From Eubacteriales bacterium (lineage in GTDB: Bacteria > Bacillota > Clostridia > Oscillospirales > CAG-272): 64,000 bases of DNA. The position numbers and the translations under genes are program-made. Location: assembly GCA_045578385.1 (NCBI GenBank), contig JAZNKD010000024.1:44774-108773 (forward strand), given 5' to 3'. Under the pieces are notes generated by a model that saw nothing but the letters and a program-made list of their open reading frames with translations, did no database searches and was not told where the DNA came from. Positions 63,551 to 64,000 of the stretch are shown here, piece by piece (the stretch's first letter is position 1; each line of letters starts with the position of its first letter).

Positions 63551-64000
63551 ATGTTCGAAAAAGTAATTGATAAAATAAGAGAGTATAATACAATTATCAT
63601 TCACAGACATAAAAATCCTGATGGAGATGCTCTCGGAAGTCAGATAGGACTTAAAAATATTATAATTGATAATTTCCCCTCAAAAAAAGTTTACGTAGTC
63701 GGAGACTCGTCAAAACGTTTCGGTTTTATGGAAGGCTCGGAGATGGACACTGTTGCGGATGACGTATACAAAAACGCTCTTGCTTTTGTTCTCGATACGT
63801 CTGCCACTGCTCTCATATCCGACGAAAGATATAAAAACGCTAAAGAAACCATCAGAATTGATCATCATATTTTTTGCGAAAACATTTGCGATATTGAAAT
63901 AACCGACACGTCCTACGAGAGCTGTTGCGGTCTTATAACCGAGCTAGCTGTAGAATCGGGACTTAAGCTCGGCGAGCTTGCCGCAAAATCGCTTTATACC
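63551..64000 (+). CDS. DHH family phosphoesterase (NrnA-like oligoribonuclease/pAp phosphatase). Partial; runs off the window end.
   Basis: The N-terminal motifs are IIIHRHKNPDGDALGS (DHH motifs I-II), VLDTS and IDHH. GGAG lies upstream of ATG 63551. The supplied ORF track does not list it because there is no stop codon in the window. Confidence 0.75.
   Translation, partial: MFEKVIDKIREYNTIIIHRHKNPDGDALGSQIGLKNIIIDNFPSKKVYVVGDSSKRFGFMEGSEMDTVADDVYKNALAFVLDTSATALISDERYKNAKETIRIDHHIFCENICDIEITDTSYESCCGLITELAVESGLKLGELAAKSLYT

Noticed and set aside
1-64000. Looked for CRISPR arrays, transposases, integrases, prophage genes, toxin-antitoxin pairs and rRNA genes.
   Set aside because: I could not find any regularly spaced short repeats, recombinase or transposase motifs, or rRNA signature sequences. 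The only repeats are the tRNA-linked duplications and the paired T-box leaders reported above.

Overview
This 64 kb window looks like chromosomal DNA from a low-GC Firmicutes/Clostridia-type bacterium. That assignment is an inference from two T-box leaders, consensus sigma-A promoters, GGAGG-type ribosome binding sites and the gene content. A choloylglycine hydrolase hints at a gut habitat. Most of the window is housekeeping: malQ, pepT, trkAH, secG, rnr, tadA, rimM-trmD, uvrC, rsmD, coaD, pheST, four tRNAs, three ABC transporters and cell-envelope glycosyltransferases.

The parts that deserve a second look are:
1. A four-gene minus-strand operon (53.2-58.1 kb). It encodes a SipW-type (archaeal/ER-type) signal peptidase fused to a polytopic membrane domain, a bitopic DUF5305-like protein, and two secreted proteins that share a distinctive N-terminal motif. 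I read it as a candidate uncharacterised TasA/TapA-like fibre or matrix secretion system.
2. An 863-aa protein (48.7-51.3 kb) that fuses a TetM/EF-G-like translational GTPase to a Rae1/YacP-type NYN RNase domain.
3. An orphan gamma-class N6-methyltransferase-like gene with an NPPT catalytic motif in place of NPPY, divergent from a solitary SbcD/YhaO-like phosphoesterase.
4. Two near-twin Phe-specific T-box leaders, one on pheST and one on an aromatic-amino-acid-type ABC importer.
5. Unexplained structured and duplicated sequence attached to the tRNA-Val and tRNA-Gln genes.
6. A T4 Rnl1-type RNA ligase next to an unknown protein.
7. A split aconitase-X dehydratase next to an enoate-reductase-type flavoenzyme.
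8. Two decayed pseudogenes.

All homology calls come from motif recognition by eye. No database search or RNA covariance model was run.
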